A DNA stretch of 63,838 nt, filler included, from Octopus bimaculoides (Eukaryota): NCBI RefSeq assembly GCF_001194135.2. It is 4 parts of 4 records of this genome, joined end to end, with 100 filler letters (N's around TTAATTAATTAA, not from the genome) between each part and the next. Parts side by side here need not be neighbours in the genome. Positions count along the whole stretch, not along the records: positions 1 to 22,988 come from NC_069004.1; positions 23,089 to 48,370 come from NC_068982.1; 2 more parts are not named here. One strand, given 5' to 3'. Position 1 is the first letter of the stretch; every line of letters starts with the position of its first letter. The notes under the pieces are model-generated. The model worked only from the letters and a program-made list of their open reading frames with translations. It made no database searches and was not told where the DNA came from. Below, piece by piece: positions 11,307 to 23,334 of this stretch. A program made the position numbers and the translations under genes.

Positions 11307-11337
<31 letters not shown>

Positions 11338-11879
11338 GGTAGGTAGATAGGTAGGTAGGCGGGTACATATGCACATGCATAAAGATAGGAATCTATGCAT
11401 ATGTACTTGTTTGTATGTGTGCAAGCTTAGATATCATTGCATGTGTGGGTGTGTGTTCTTTGATTTAAGTATGTGAAAATATATGAGGTCCAGTCTAGCT
11501 GGTTTGAGACTTTTTTAAGGAGAGGCAGTTATAACTGTCCTATATTCATGTAAATTTAGTATATCATTACTATACATTTAATAAGCAGACCTGCCAAGTT
11601 TTGTTATTTTAGACTGAAGGAGACAGCTGTAACAACACTTTGAACATACCCTACTAAACACTGCTTATCACAGCCAACTAGTTTGTGGAATGGAGTCAGA
11701 ATATAGAGACAATTGGGAAGCTCATTATCCAATAAAGTTTAGTGTTAAACTGGGCAAAAATGTTCCAAACTGCTCATGGATTAACGTGAATAAGCTGGGC
11801 ATTTGTTTTTCACTAGCACAAGTGGTTCAAGGATGGTAGAGAAGAGGTGATGAAAGGTGTGTCTCCAAAGAAGAGATCC

Positions 11880-13215
11880 TCTATTGGTCGAAAAATTATC
11901 ACAGTCACAATTGGCTGTATGAAAGAGCAATACTGGCTCCAAAAAATAGCACTGTCAGTAAAATTAATGAGCTGCAGTACTTTACTGGAAGTCCCCACAT
12001 CTATAAGTCAGTTGATACAATCCCAGATCCAACCGAATTTCTCAATTCATTGGAGCCTCCAGGACTACCTCCCCACAGATTGGAACTTAAAGTGAGAACT
12101 CCAGTAATGTTATTGAGGAATCTGGATCCACCAACACTGCACAATGGGACACACCTGGTGGTAAAGAAAATGATGCCACAAGTTATTGAGGCCACCATTC
12201 TCTCTGGACGTGGAAAAGGAGAGGATGTTTTCGTACCCAGGATTCCTCTCAGTCCATCGGGAGCAGAAATTCTTTTTTCATTCAGAAGAGTGCAAGTTTC
12301 TATTCGTATCAGCTTTGTAATGTCTATCAATATATCCCAGGGTCAAACACTGTCTGTGATAGGACTTCACTAGAAAGAGTTGTACTTTTCACATGGGTAT
12401 TTATTTGTTGGCTGCTCTAGAGTGGGAAGCAAAAGAAAAACCTTTTTGTATTTGTTCCACAAGGGAAAACAAAGAATATTGTTTACCAAGAGGTTTTGCA
12501 GGAATTACTACATCCTATGATGTGCTTCAATATCCACTGTTCTTTGTGAATGATGAAGATGGATACCATTTCGGCATAATACCAACAAACTCAAAGACCG
12601 CACCGACAAAGCAGTTTCCCGCATGGACATCAGTATCAAAGTATATTCTCCAATTACTCCCACTAACCATGCGGTAAGCCATTACGCCTTATTTTTTCAA
12701 GTAATTCATTACTACATATAATCTCATGCGATTGCATAGGCTTAGTTTATGTTTCTTATTCTACAGCCACACCAGCAATCCAATGTCAACCCTTTGCCTT
12801 CTACAACATTTCAACAGTTCACTTCCCCGTTGCCGTCTCCCATTGTAGCTCCTTTCAAGAATGTACCCATTTACTTACAATATCTCCATTACACCTACAT
12901 TCATTCGACTATCAACCATATGATGCGTCGTGTAGACGCAGTGCTGACTGCCACAAAGGAGAGTATATCCATTGACAACTTTTCGGTGTGTTCAAAAATC
13001 ACATATCCCCACCCTCAGTTTTCCATGACAGGTTAGGGCCTAGAATCCTCCAAAGGGACGCATAACATGTCGTTTAGTTGAATTAGCCCATCATTTACTC
13101 CACAAATGTTTTGTCGTCAATGCTGCACTTTCCCGTTTCAGCTGTTTCAACATAACTGCAATATATATACAAACTATACCATTCTAATTACGAGCAATGC
13201 TGGGTATCTCTGCTA

Positions 13216-13216
<1 letters not shown>
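11880..13216 (+). mobile_element. Degraded Helitron: PIF1-like helicase C-terminus, Rep-side fragment and 3' terminus
   Basis: Recognisable peptides: [78 protein letters not shown], then SYDVLQYPLFF..EDGYH. The end GAGCAATGCTGGGTATCTCTGCTAG resembles a Helitron CTAG terminus. Confidence 0.85.
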
Positions 13217-13291
<75 letters not shown>

Positions 13292-13397
13292 CATCATCAT
13301 CATCATCGTTTAACGTCCGCTTTCCATGCTAGCATGGGTTGGACGATTTGACTGAGGACTGGTGAAACCGGATGGCAACACCAGGCTCCAATCTAAT
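13292..13397 (-). mobile_element. SINE family C fragment
   Basis: Near-identical to 2403-2520. Confidence 0.85.
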
Positions 13398-13913
13398 TTA
13401 TATATATCGGGCCTCTGAGAGAAGTACTGCAAAATGAAACAAGACAACTTTCGAGCTACAGGGATGAAACGGTTTTCTCAATACAAAGAGGAGTTTTTCC
13501 TTCCTTTTTTTTTTTTTGTTGGAGGATAGGGAGGTGAACCGTCATATCGTCATATTCTCACGGGTTCCTCCATAATTCATCTGGAATTTTATCAATGTAC
13601 TGGTTGGACCCACACCCCTTATTGGCATTCTGCATGTATGTATTTATATGCATGTACAGTGGCGTAGCTTGAGTGCATGCAGCCCGGGACAGCCCTTGAA
13701 TTTGCGACTCAACTGCCCCAGAGTCCCCATAAACGCTTACATAGCAAACCCAATAGCATCACCTCCATAATTGCGTGGGTTGACTTGCTATCATATGATG
13801 GATGTGCATGTCTCTATGTGCGAATGTTATTACTCTGTGTGCGTATGTGTGACTGTTTGTGTGTGTGTGTGTGTGTGCGTGTGTGTGTGTGTGTGCGTGT
13901 GTGTGTGTGTGTG

Positions 13914-13948
<35 letters not shown>

Positions 13949-13950
<2 letters not shown>

Positions 13951-14181
13951 TACTACTAAAGCAGCGCGGACCCGAACGCGCAGTCGCGCATCCGCGCTAG
14001 TCGTGAGTGGTCGATCCTAACCCTAACCCTAAACACGTATTCATTTGCACACGCGGGTTAGGGTTAGGGATAGGGTTAGGGTTAGGGTTAGGGATAGGGT
14101 TAGGGTTAGGATCGACCACTCAAGACTAGCTAGCGCGGACGCGCGACTGCGCGTTCGGGTCCGCGCTGCTTTAGTAGTACC
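13949..14181. mobile_element. 233-bp MITE with about 84/88-bp TIRs ending in telomeric repeats
   Basis: Left arm GGTACTACTAAAGCAGCGCGGACCCGAACGCGCAG...GATCCTAACCCTAACCCTAA and right arm are reverse complements apart from 3 substitutions and a 4-bp indel. The element sits in (TA)n, so the TSD could be TA, TATA or TATATA. Confidence 0.9.
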
Positions 14182-14829
14182 TATATATTTATGATTGTGT
14201 ATGTATGTTTATTCCAGGAAATTCAAACGAAGAATCTTTGGAATGTTTCACCAATCTTCACTGAACAAACTAATCGATTGGTTTCGTAGGATTCAAATCA
14301 GCTTGCTTTGTTCTTTCTTGGAGAATTTTCAGGATTTCAAGACATTTTTGAAAACCTGTTGTTACATAGTTCGTTGTACCTATAGCTGTACATATGTATG
14401 AATGTATGTATTTCTGAAATAGCAGTCATTAAGCGAGGAAAACAAAAAGTAATATTAAACATGAAAATAATAATAATGTATGAATATTTGCGGGTGATGC
14501 TTACCTGGATGTAATTTAAACATGTGAATACAAACGAAAGCAGAGAAGGAGGGAGATGGAGAGAGAGTGAGAGAGAGAGAGTAAGAGAGATAGTGATAGT
14601 GAGAGTGAGAGAAAGAGACAGAAACAGACGGACTGAAGCAGAGTGAAACATAGAAAGAAAGAGACAGAAATATGAAGGAGAAAGAGAAAAGTGGAGGAGG
14701 AAGAGGAGGAGAGAGGGTCAGATAAAGTTAGAGAGGAAGAGAGAGAGAGAGAGGGGGGAAGGAGTGAGGGGAGAGAATCAGAAAGAAAGAGAAAGCGAAA
14801 GAAAAAAGGAAGAGAGGGAAAAAAATTAA

Positions 14830-16790
14830 TGGCGTTGCTGGAGTAACGGATTGAACTAACGGAAAAAAATGTTCGCGTTCAAATGACTGTTTGAGTTTAC
14901 TTCATCAAAAAGTTCAGCAATTATCTCGCTCGAAATTGTGAACACGAAATTATGAACGTCAATAAGATAGTTAACGAACTTGAAGATATGAAGTAAAAGT
15001 TGATAGACAAGATGATCATTCAAGTAAAACTTTTAAAAAATTGCATGACGATTTGCAGAAAATGGAAGGTACAGATTCTGATGCAAATTATTGCTTTGCA
15101 CAACATTAAAATCACCGGTGAAATTGCCAGTACTAATGGAGAAGCTATTACTAATTATACTAGAGAGCTAAAGAAAATTATTGCCGAAGAAGGTATACAC
15201 CAAAACATATTTACACAGTTGATGAAACTGAGCTTTCTGGAAACGTATACCTACAAGGATTTATATATATATATATTTTGTTGATGAAAATCAACAACGG
15301 CTTTAAAGTCTAAAGCTTCCAGATATAGTTTATGATGCTTCTTGTGGAGGAAATGCTAATTAATAAGAACCCTACCCATGTATTACTCCGAAAATCCAAG
15401 AGCTTTTCAAGCTTCAAATTTGCTGTTCAGAGAAGAAGTCTTGGACAAACTTTTTTCTAAGACTGGTCTACAGATTGTCAGGTGTAATATTTTCAGTAAA
15501 GCATTGCACCTTTTAGACAGTACGCAAGATCACTTAATGAACTGAAATCATCTTTTTTGCCTCAGCCAATGTATCAACCCATCGACAAGCGCCAAACGTT
15601 TTTAAATAGATATCTTCAGAATATCATTAGGGTGAAACTCAAATACAAAACCTTGTGAAAATAGGCAAACCAACAACCTGTCGAAACCCAGATGAGAGGA
15701 GGAAAAAGGATTGGCTGAAACATACTCAACGGTAACCTGTCTTCAATATCAGAAGACAAGCCCTCTGATGGACACCTCAAGGGAGATGGAAGCAAGGCAG
15801 ATCAAAAACAACACGGAGAAAGTCTACAGAAACTGAAGGACAGGCGAGCGGCTGCACCTGGGGACAACTGGAATCTATTGCCCCAGATCGAGACAGATGG
15901 AGATATCTTGTTGGCACCCTATGCTCCACATGGGATCAAAGGAATTAAGAAGAATGGACCAAGATGTAGTGGTTAACTTCAAGTCTTATTACCCAAAATA
16001 ACCTCAAAATAACTCGTAAAAACAAAGGCTAATTCTACACACAATAAGGGACTTATGGGAAAAGTTCAACCTTACAGATGCAGTGGATAACACAACCAAG
16101 TCGTAAAATGAAAACTTTAACTATGTTTGGCAAAACACGACCAGACTGTAGCCATGATTTTTACAAGTTTTCCACCAGTAGAAAATCTGCATCTAGTTCA
16201 GCAAGATATTGTGACAATAGCAAATGATGTAAGGTTTGAGGAAGTTGCAGAAGATGGTCCGGTTGAATTGTTCAAGTATTATATTCATAAAATTTAATTA
16301 AGAGCTGGTGATGTTTGAATAAAAACGAGCAGCAGAATGAGAAGAGGATGTAGAAGTTCCACACACTCCACTATAGTTGACTGAAAGAATATGGCTAAAG
16401 GATTGACACATACAGAGGAACGTTTGCAAGTCTTGGCTGATAACGATTCTAATCGTGAATGAAAAATAATTACAAGAGGAGTTCAAAATAAGCTCAGTAC
16501 TTACGTAATTGTCTGCAACTCTTCAGTATGATCGTCTTTGCAATATAATTTGCAGAACTATACACGAGACGTCCGTGTGAGATTGAACATGTATATAGTT
16601 CGGATCTATTTTAAAACGGGGGCCACATTTTTCATTAATGTTTTACGTAGTGTTTTTGGTACGGAAAGACTTTCAAACTTCGTATACTTATCTATTTTGT
16701 GTTATAGAACAGAAAAATATTTTTGTATTCGAATTTATTTCATGTAAAAAATTGTCTTATTTCGATAATTTCAACCAATCACTGACAAGT
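14830..16790 (+). mobile_element. Tigger/pogo transposase fossil, heavily degraded
   Basis: Tigger-like peptide remnants: HNIKITGEIAS, VDETELFWKR, GGNA, YYSENPRAF, LLDSTQDH, QQDIVTIANDVRFEEV. Boundaries are approximate. Confidence 0.75.
15640..15953 (+). mobile_element. RTE-clade LINE 3' fragment nested in the Tigger fossil
   Basis: Translation QQPVETQ..DWLKHT..RQAL*WTPQGRWKQGRSKTT..TWGQLESIAPDRDRW..LVGTLCS matches the C-terminus of RTE ORF2. Confidence 0.75.
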
Positions 16791-17395
16791 ATTCAGTTGT
16801 TTATATTTACTCCTTTGGCTGATTAAGCGATGTAAAGTGTATTTAATCTCCATACGTTCGTTTTATTTGCTTTTTTCATTTTAAATTTGCTTTAACCCTA
16901 ACCTTAGGGTTNNNNNNNNNNNNNNNNNNNNNNNNNNNNNNNNNNNNNNNNNNNNNNNNNNNNNNNNNNNNNNNNNNNNNNNNNNNNNNNNNNNNNNNNN
17001 NNNNNNNNNNNNNNNNNNNNNNNNNNNNNNNNNNNNNNNNNNNNNNNNNNNNNNNNNNNNNNNNNNNNNNNNNNNNNNNNNNNNNNNNNNNNNNNNNNNN
17101 NNNNNNNNNNNNNNNNNNNNNNNNNNNNNNNNNNNNNNNNNNNNNNNNNNNNNNNNNNNNNNNNNNNNNNNNNNNNNNNNNNNNNNNNNNNNNNNNNNNN
17201 NNNNNNNNNNNNNNNNNNNNNNNNNNNNNNNNNNNNNNNNNNNNNNNNNNNNNNNNNNNNNNNNNNNNNNNNNNNNNNNNNNNNNNGGTCAGACCATAAG
17301 TGGTCTTCTAGCAAAAGGGATGTCCACTTATGCGTTTGCGTGTCCGTGTTTGTGTGTGTGTGTGTGTACCTCTGCCTCCTTGTGTGTGCATGTCT

Positions 17396-17436
<41 letters not shown>

Positions 17437-18744
17437 GCAACTATGTACCCTGTGTGCCTGTATGGTTGTGTATTTCCATCTGTGTAGACGTCTGTCTCCA
17501 TGTGTCCTTGTGTGAAGTAAAGTGTGTGTCTATATATGGTCATGTGTTTCATTCTTCATTTATGTATGTTTATATAACCTATGTACCTATCCGTCTGTAT
17601 GTTGATCTGTTTACTTTCATATCCTTATACTTACATACATGTGCATATATATATATACACATACCCCCCCCCCACAACAGACATACGTACATCTATCTAC
17701 ATAATAGCCCACTAACTATTCTTCTCTACCTAGACGCATTCGCTAACAATTTTTCTTGCCATAATTCTAATGATGTTTTGTCATAGATAAAATATATAAA
17801 TTGTAGAATTTTTCTATAAAAGAGGGGTATTTTGTTGTTTTACGTTTAATTTATAGAAAAAAACCCCGTGATAATAGAGGTACAAATACTCGAGTTATGG
17901 GCTTCCAAAATTTGCAATATAAGGGGGTTTAGCTCCCATTAGGGTGTCTTAATATCATTGAAATTTGCTGATATTTGGGAATAGGCATCATTGATTAACC
18001 CCCAGATTGCATCTCAATAGCAGCAAACCCCTGTTCTACCCTCTTTATCCAAAGCCCGGCTCCCTTAGAGTGTTCGAAGTTAAGGTCCGAAACACTTGCC
18101 TGAGGTGGGGTTTCTTCTCTAAAGACCTTCTGCTGTTCAACTCTCTTGAGAGTTTCTCAACACTGTTAATAAAAACTGTTTGCCCAGCATATTAAGTAGT
18201 CAATTGATATGAATAGTTTTGTACAAACTCATTCATGTAGACTTAATTTAAAAAGTTAATATTGCGTATTGAAACTTGACTAGTTATGTATGTGCACCTG
18301 TCCAAGAAATGTAGGTTATTTTTCACAGCATGCATGGTTGTCCATTTTCAAAACCGCATTCACAGCCTCTGTATGACTTTAAACGGCACCTAGTACCGAC
18401 GCACCATTTTACTTCATAAATTTCAACCTGTAATTTCAAGTTATTTTTGTTTTTTCTTCAGCTTAAATCAAGAAAATACATGCATGCACAGATCTTTACT
18501 GTTTGGCTCACTTTTCAATTCCTTTAATTTTGTTCCAATTGCTTTCAAATTTGGTGTACTTATGTAGTTTTGTAAATCCGTGTATATCTGAAGAGGGTGG
18601 GGTATTTACCGTTAGCTGTATGTATATATACGCATAACCATGTAAACAGTTTTCTTCAAACTGCCATCCATTTAATACGTTATATCCAATATTCTATATT
18701 TTACTAGTATAGGTTTTAGCAATAAATAACCATAACTTAGAAAA

Positions 18745-19245
18745 ACAAGCAATTGATCCGTCCGGTGCATTTGTTGTCCCTTGTCACAAAATCCTCCTTC
18801 TTCTGTCTTCCAGCAACAATGAACCCCCTATCCAGCTTCTATATTCCGTATGTAAAAATTAACATTTCCTTCTCCAAACCTAGATTCGAAACCGAATCTA
18901 AGAATTCTCGGTCGTCCAAACCACCACGATCAACAGGCGCGAAAACAGGTTTTCTTTTTGTCCTGTCAAAAAGTTATTGATCTTCTCCCCTTGGCCTACG
19001 ACCTCAGCCATGTCAGGCGAAGTTCAACTGGACAGGAGCTGACCTATTTCGGTACAAACTCTGCTGCAGTATGTCTGTCCTTCTAGCTGCCACGATTATT
19101 ATAAATACGGCGGTCAACATGCCTGTGGGAAGAGAAGGCCCTAGCGGTCAAACGAAGATAAATGTCTACGACTACAGCTTTTCGCTGAGACCAGAGCAAT
19201 GTTCGAAGTTCCACGGTAGACTACTGTATCAGATGAACTACGTAC
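18745..19245 (-). mobile_element. Possible LINE 5' UTR plus decayed ORF1 start
   Basis: CpG-rich unique segment. The - strand gives MAEVVGQGEKINN, then after a frameshift FDRTKRKPVFAPVDRGGLDDREFLDSVSNLGLEKEMLIFTYGI*KLDRGF. Family not recognised. Confidence 0.25.
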
Positions 19246-21454
19246 ACACACACACGAACATATATTCGTTGCTGACATATTATTTCCACAGATGTACCCT
19301 GTTTCTATTTCTAGCAACTCATAGCAGTTGTCAACATTTTGAATGTAGTGAAGAATTATGTGTACCAACGACAAATTAAGTTCAGTGAATAAATTATTTA
19401 AAATTATAAATCGATTCACTCATTTGTTTACTTCAAGAGCATACACATTCCTTTTGCATCTGTTTACCATGATACACATCTAACCACTACACTTACGGCT
19501 TCACAACCGGTGTTGATGTGTTTACCTCCCCGCACCTTAGCGGTTCGGCATAAAGAGAACCGATAAAATGAGTACTAGGCTTTAAAAAGGTAAGTCCTAG
19601 AGGTCGATTTGATCGACTAAAACCCTTGAAGGCGGTGTCCCATCATGGCTGCAGTCAAATGAATGAGGCAAGTGAAAGGTAAGAGGTAAAAGATTAGAAT
19701 TTATGAACATAAAAGCATTAACGGAACTTTGTGAAAAGAAGACAGCAGAACGAAGTTTCGACGACAAAAATAAACAGTTTGTGTTGAATGATTAAGAACT
19801 CGAATCGATGATTTCGAAAAGAAGTCATATAATGGGACAAATTCAATAGCTTTGAATGGGGCATATCTATCTGAATATGAATGAATGTGTGTGTTTGTGT
19901 GTGTCGGTGTCTTGATGTGCTTGTAATTATATAGGTGTATGTGTGTTTGCGTTAGAGTACGTGTGTTAGTATTCATGTCACAGGTGTGGCGGGTGTACAA
20001 CAGGTTTCTACCACATTCTTGACTTCAAGAAAAAAAATATTATTTACAAATGTTCACTGCCTTAAAACAACGTGTGTGCGCACAGATACACGTATACACA
20101 TGCGTACACTGCAAAGGCTAATGGCATTTGTTTCTAGCATTGCAATAAACCGAGTTCGCTCGTGTGTGTGTGTGTTTATGACCTACATGTATCTGTGGGA
20201 GTGTGCTTATGTGCGTGTGTATGTTTTTTGAGAATATAACAGTCAATGACCTCTAGTTTGTCGAATAAAAACGACTGCAGCAACGAGAAAAAAAAAACAA
20301 AGAAAAACCAGACCAAACAAACAATGCCCCAATGCGACAAGACTTCCAAACCCACCCTTTTTAAGATTTTTTTTTCGACCCCCCCCCTTTTTCCGCTACG
20401 GGGGAATACGAATCTGCAAAAAAATTGATAAAAATCGACATTTCTAAATTACCACCCCCACCCCCGTTCCCTTCATTTTTNNNNNNNNNNNNNNNNNNNN
20501 NNNNNNNNNNNNNNNNNNNNNNNNNNNNNNNNNNNNNNNNNNNNNNNNNNNNNNNNNNNNNNNNNNNNNNNNNNNNNNNNNNNNNNNNNNNNNNNNNNNN
20601 NNNNNNNNNNNNNNNNNNNNNNNNNNNNNNNNNNNNNNNNNNNNNNNNNNNNNNNNNNNNNNNNNNNNNNNNNNNNNNNNNNNNNNNNNNNNNNNNNNNN
20701 NNNNNNNNNNNNNNNNNNNNNNNNNNNNNNNNNNNNNNNNNNNNNNNNNNNNNNNNNNNNNNNNNNNNNNNNNNNNNNNNNNNNNNNNNNNNNNNNNNNN
20801 NNNNNNNNNNNNNNNNNNNNNNNNNNNNNNNNNNNNNNNNNNNNNNNNNNNNNNNNNNNNNNNNNNNNNNNNNNNNNNNNNNNNNNNNNNNNNNNNNNNN
20901 NNNNNNNNNNNNNNNNNNNNNNNNNNNNNNNNNNNNNNNNNNNNNNNNNNNNNNNNNNNNNNNNNNNNNNNNNNNNNNNNNNNNNNNNNNNNNNNNNNNN
21001 NNNNNNNNNNNNNNNNNNNNNNNNNNNNNNNNNNNNNNNNNNNNNNNNNNNNNNNNNNNNNNNNNNNNNNNNNNNNNNNNNNNNNNNNNNNNNNNNNNNN
21101 NNNNNNNNNNNNNNNNNNNNNNNNNNNNNNNNNNNNNNNNNNNNNNNNNNNNNNNNNNNNNNNNNNNNNNNNNNNNNNNNNNNNNNNNNNNNNNNNNNNN
21201 NNNNNNNNNNNNNNNNNNNNNNNNNNNNNNNNNNNNNNNNNNNNNNNNNNNNNNNNNNNNNNNNNNNNNNNNNNNNNNNNNNNNNNNNNNNNNNNNNNNN
21301 NNNNNNNNNNNNNNNNNNNNNNNNNNNNNNNNNNNNNNNNNNNNNNNNNNNNNNNNNNNNNNNNNNNNNNNNNNNNNNNNNNNNNNNNNNNNNNNTACAT
21401 ATAAATTAGCAGAGATACCCGGCGTTGATCGGGACTAAAATGGCATTGTTTTTT

Positions 21455-21693
21455 TATTGTTTTACTCGTTTCGGTCATGTGACTGCGGCCATGCTGGAAC
21501 ACCGCCTTTAGTCGAAGAAATAATCTCAGGATTTATTCTTTGTAAGCCTAGTACTTATTCTATCGGTGTATTTTGCCAAACAGCTAAGTTACGGGGACTT
21601 AAACACAGAAACATCAGTTGTCTAGCGATGGTAGGGATACAAACACAGACACACGCACGCACACACAGACAGACACACGCACACATATATATA
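21455..21693 (-). mobile_element. SINE family D 3' half, interrupted in its microsatellite by a transposon
   Basis: GACTGCGGCCATGCTGGAACACCGCCTTTAGTCG...AAACACAGAC matches 8860-9050. Confidence 0.8.
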
Positions 21694-22915
21694 CAGGGTG
21701 TTTCAAAAGATTTGATATCATTTGAAATGTAAACATCACAGAAACTATATGGTCAAAGCAAATAAAACTAAGCAGGCTTAATGTTGAGCAACAAAATTTA
21801 TTCCTCCAAATTTGAATGAGAAATTCAAAGATATGCGGATTCCATGAACGATTTCACAAATGTTCAATATGCGCACTGCCTGAGACACAGCACACGTCAA
21901 GTCGGTAGTTTAGCTCCTTCCAAATACACTGCAGCATGTCTTGGGTAACAGTCTCTAGTGCGGTAGTGATTCTATACTTGAGTTCCTCTAGGTTTGTAGG
22001 AAGATAGGGGATATAGACCAGGCCCTTCACATAACCCCAGAGAAAAAAATAGCAAGGTGTCAGGTCAGGTGAACGTGGCGGCCATTTCAACAGCACATTG
22101 TCTTTATCACCAGCACGCTCGATCCATCTCCTTCGTGGATTGTCATTGAGATAAGCCCACACAGTGAGCTTCCAGTGACGTGGAGTCCCGTCTTGTTGAA
22201 AAATGAAGTCTTCATGTTCATTTGCAATGAGCTCATCCATTAGCCAGTTCTCAAGCATTTTCAGATAAACATCGCCGGTCACATTTCCCTCAAAGAAAAG
22301 CAGGCCATGAAGATGCTTCTTGGATATGGTGCAGAACACATTCATTTTTGGTGAGTCCCTCTCATGCTCAACTGTGGCATGGGAATTTCCTTTGCCCCAG
22401 ATGCGAAGATTATGCTTATTGACTTTGCCATTCGTATGAAATGTGGCCTCATCACTGAAAACAAGACGTTCCTTGAACTCGGCTTCTTCAAGTTTCTCTT
22501 GCATATCAACACAGAATTGTTTACGCTTTCGCTTGTGATCTGCCATTATGGCCCGAACGAGCTACAGCTTGTAGGGTTTCGTTAGCAAGCGTTTCTTCAG
22601 GATGCACCAAACTGTCGTTGGAGGAATCTGGGTTTCCACACTTGTTCTTCTTATGAACTTCTTGGGGATTCGCAAGAGGTTTTCACGAACCCACTCGACC
22701 GTCTCTTCTGATGTTAGTGGTCGTCCAGATCCTTTTGCCCTGCACAGACAGCTTTCCTGTTTGAATTTTTTGTGCCATGTCCAAATGTGCATTGCCGTTG
22801 GCGACTTTTTAGAGAACTCTCTCACAAATGCAAACGCCGCATAGTCTTGTTCCAACACACAAAACACCTTTTGTGTAAAATTTGAATGAAATCAGGTGGG
22901 TAGTTCTTGAGTTTT
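21694..22915 (-). mobile_element. Tc1/mariner-superfamily element, rosa/Visitor (DD41D)-like; one TIR visible
   Basis: TA|CAGGGTGTTTCAAAAG terminus at 21694 with a nearly full transposase inside. The opposite TIR is not seen. Confidence 0.85.
21854..22867 (-). pseudogene. rosa/Visitor-like transposase pseudogene
   Basis: Two ORFs in one frame split by a single TAG (22562-64). They contain the HTH region GSGRP, FSDEATF, QQDG and WPPRSPDLTPCYFFLWG; the third catalytic D is replaced by Y. Confidence 0.9.
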
Positions 22916-23032
22916 AGTGATACATACATACATACATATATATACATATATATATATATGTATATACACATATATACATGCATATATANNNNNNNNNNNN
23001 NNNNNNNNNNNNNNNNNNNNNNNNNNNNNNNN

Positions 23033-23044
23033 TTAATTAATTAA
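23033..23044. other. Artificial scaffold spacer (44N-TTAATTAATTAA-44N)
   Basis: The identical 100-bp structure recurs at 48415 and 60657. The 12-mer is palindromic and has TAA in all six frames. Confidence 0.92.
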
Positions 23045-23088
23045 NNNNNNNNNNNNNNNNNNNNNNNNNNNNNNNNNNNNNNNNNNNN

Positions 23089-23328
23089 GGGGATGGTGGC
23101 GAACCCTGCTGTACTCTTTCACCACAACTTTCTCTCACTGTTTCTGTTGTGCCTGTAATTCAAAGGGTCAGCCTTGTCTCACTGTGTCACGCTGAATATC
23201 CCCGAGAACTACGTTAAGAGTACACGTGTCTGTGGAGTGCTCAGTCACTTGCACGTTAATTTCACGAGCAGTCTGTTCCGTTGATTGGATCAACTGGAAC
23301 CCTCGACGTCGTAAGCGACGGAGTGCCA
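23089..23328 (+). mobile_element. SINE family A 3' part
   Basis: Matches 112-350 and 38732-38980. Confidence 0.85.
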
Positions 23329-23334
23329 GTGACA

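Noticed and set aside
20425-21502. Long ORFs of more than 300 aa, and similar ones at 29825, 41428, 45043, 57394 and 61865
   Set aside because: They consist almost wholly of N-gap (X) residues and dinucleotide repeats.
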